Source: the human T2T-CHM13v2.0 reference genome, Homo sapiens
Direction: 5' to 3' (one strand)
Assembly (NCBI RefSeq): GCF_009914755.1
Contig: NC_060928.1
Length of the DNA stretch: 64,000 nt
In this document: positions 62,588-64,000 of the stretch, piece after piece
How positions within the stretch are numbered: position 1 is the first letter of the stretch
Layout: every line of letters begins with the position of its first letter
Notes under the pieces: generated by a model
Told to the model about the DNA's origin: nothing
The model's input: the letters and a program-made list of their open reading frames with translations, nothing else
The model's database searches: none
Position numbers and translations under genes: made by a program

Positions 62588-63149
62588 AAGACCTGCACCC
62601 ATGAAATTTTCTAATCAATGGCTTCATTTTGGGAGGGCTGACAGCATTCACATATGTGACAGTAACCAACCTACTCAGCTGTTTAAAATGAAGGGCAGTT
62701 GGTATAATTGGAAACTAGCAAAATTCCACAAAATGATCAATTTTGTCAACAAATTAAATTTCATTTTCTGAATATTTCACTTTACAATTATGTTGCTAGC
62801 TTGTTTTTAGTTAACTGTCTCTTGAAGCTGAGAGGAGACACATTCAGACAGCTAATTTCAATCATGAAAATGACAGAAGATGTATGGCCTGTACACTTTG
62901 AATACTAAATCATTTTTCTAAGGAATAGATGCAAGGGCATTGCAACATATGTAATGCACTTTGAAACAGATATTTTCCAATCCAACACGTGGCTCTGAGG
63001 GAGAGGGCTCTAAGGGATGACTAACTTGTTTCTGTTCTCCCAGAATATAGTCCCTTGGTTTATCATGTCTGATTCCTTAAGGTACAGGCACCATCTGAGC
63101 TTTTATGTCCTACCTGTGTAGAGACCCATTTTGTTATGCATGTATGGGA

Positions 63150-63470
63150 GTGTCTAGAGCACATTAGTTAAGGTCATGCTACAACACATACATTTCTCAA
63201 ATCTTAGTGGCTTAAGTTTATTTCTTATTCTTGTAAAATCCAGGGTGTTATCCAAATGGTCATTCATGACACAGCCTCCTTCCATTTTTAGGCTTCTGGG
63301 TGCTTCATTAGTGCACTCCCCTGAATTCCTCTGCATTAAGTTGGAAGACGGAAAAAAAGAGAATGGACTATTGGAAGCTGCTTACAGGCTAAAGTTGGAA
63401 GTGGCATATGTCATTTCTGCTCATATTTTATTGGCCATAACTCAATCATATTTTGCAAATAACTATTAGG
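63150..63470 (-). mobile_element. Old MaLR LTR fragment (MLT1J-like)
   Basis: aaatcttagtggcttaa...ggaagtggcatatgtcatttctgctcatattttattggcca. Confidence 0.55.
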
Positions 63471-63707
63471 TGAAAAGGCAAACTGGTTTGGTTAACAAAA
63501 GCAAGTCTGCTGAATGAGGAGACACCAAAACTTTTCATAGTCATACAACTTTACTATATAATCAAATTGCTATAACCTTCCCTTTGAAAACAAAGAACAC
63601 ACAAACTTCATTCATGTAACTACTTGCACGTTAAGTAACCCAACAGGTCATTTTATTATAGGTATAAAAGAGAAAGTGAGTACCTAGACATAATCGAAAA
63701 AACTGGG

Positions 63708-63882
63708 TGATACCATTTGGATATTTGTTCCCTCCAAATCTCATGATAAAATGTGACCCCCAGTGTTGGAGATGGGGTTAAGAGAGAGGTGTTGGGTTAT
63801 GAGGGTTGATGCCTCGTGGATAGTTTAATGCTTTCCCCTCAGTAAAGAGTTCACAGGAGACCTGGTTATATTTGGCTCCCCA
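63708..63882 (+). mobile_element. MST(B)-like MaLR LTR, 5' part, interrupted by LTR12
   Basis: tgataccatttggatatttgttccctccaaatctcatg..cccagtgttggagatgggg. Confidence 0.8.
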
Positions 63883-64000
63883 TGTGTCCGGAATTGGTGG
63901 GTTCTTGGTCTCACTGACTTCAAGAATGAAGCCGCAGACACTTGTGGTGAGTGTCACAGTTCTTAAATGCGGCATGTCCAGAGTTTGTTTCTTCTGATGT
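63883..64000 (-). mobile_element. LTR12 (ERV9 LTR, LTR12C-like) 3' end, running off the window
   Basis: tgtgtccggaattggtgggttcttggtctcactgacttcaagaatgaagccgc is the reverse complement of the LTR12 terminus. Confidence 0.92.

Overview
This window is AT-rich primate (human-like) genomic DNA, intergenic or deep intronic, and dominated by transposable elements. I found no supportable host protein-coding exon, rRNA, tRNA or CRISPR array. Every ORF with a recognisable product is a decayed retroelement fragment. The main contents are: (1) a HERV-L/MLT2A provirus (6514-11845) with a 5-bp TSD and a 3' deletion; (2) a full-length but inactivated L1PA element on the minus strand (~24224-30640); (3) an LTR-less class III ERV gag-pro-pol fragment (~40491-42142) that replaces part of an old L1MB; (4) a cluster of 5'-truncated L1s at 44-61 kb, one with an apparent short 3' transduction; (5) many solo LTRs (MLT1, MLT2, THE1, MST, MER4, LTR16, LTR12), Alus, MIR, L2 and MER5; and (6) several local tandem duplications (309, 205, 79 and 23 bp units). 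Subfamily names come from my recall of consensus sequences and need RepeatMasker/Dfam confirmation, and boundaries of old elements are approximate. I did not find a convincing novel biological system. The most unusual items are rearrangement and insertion events and candidate LTR regulatory sites.
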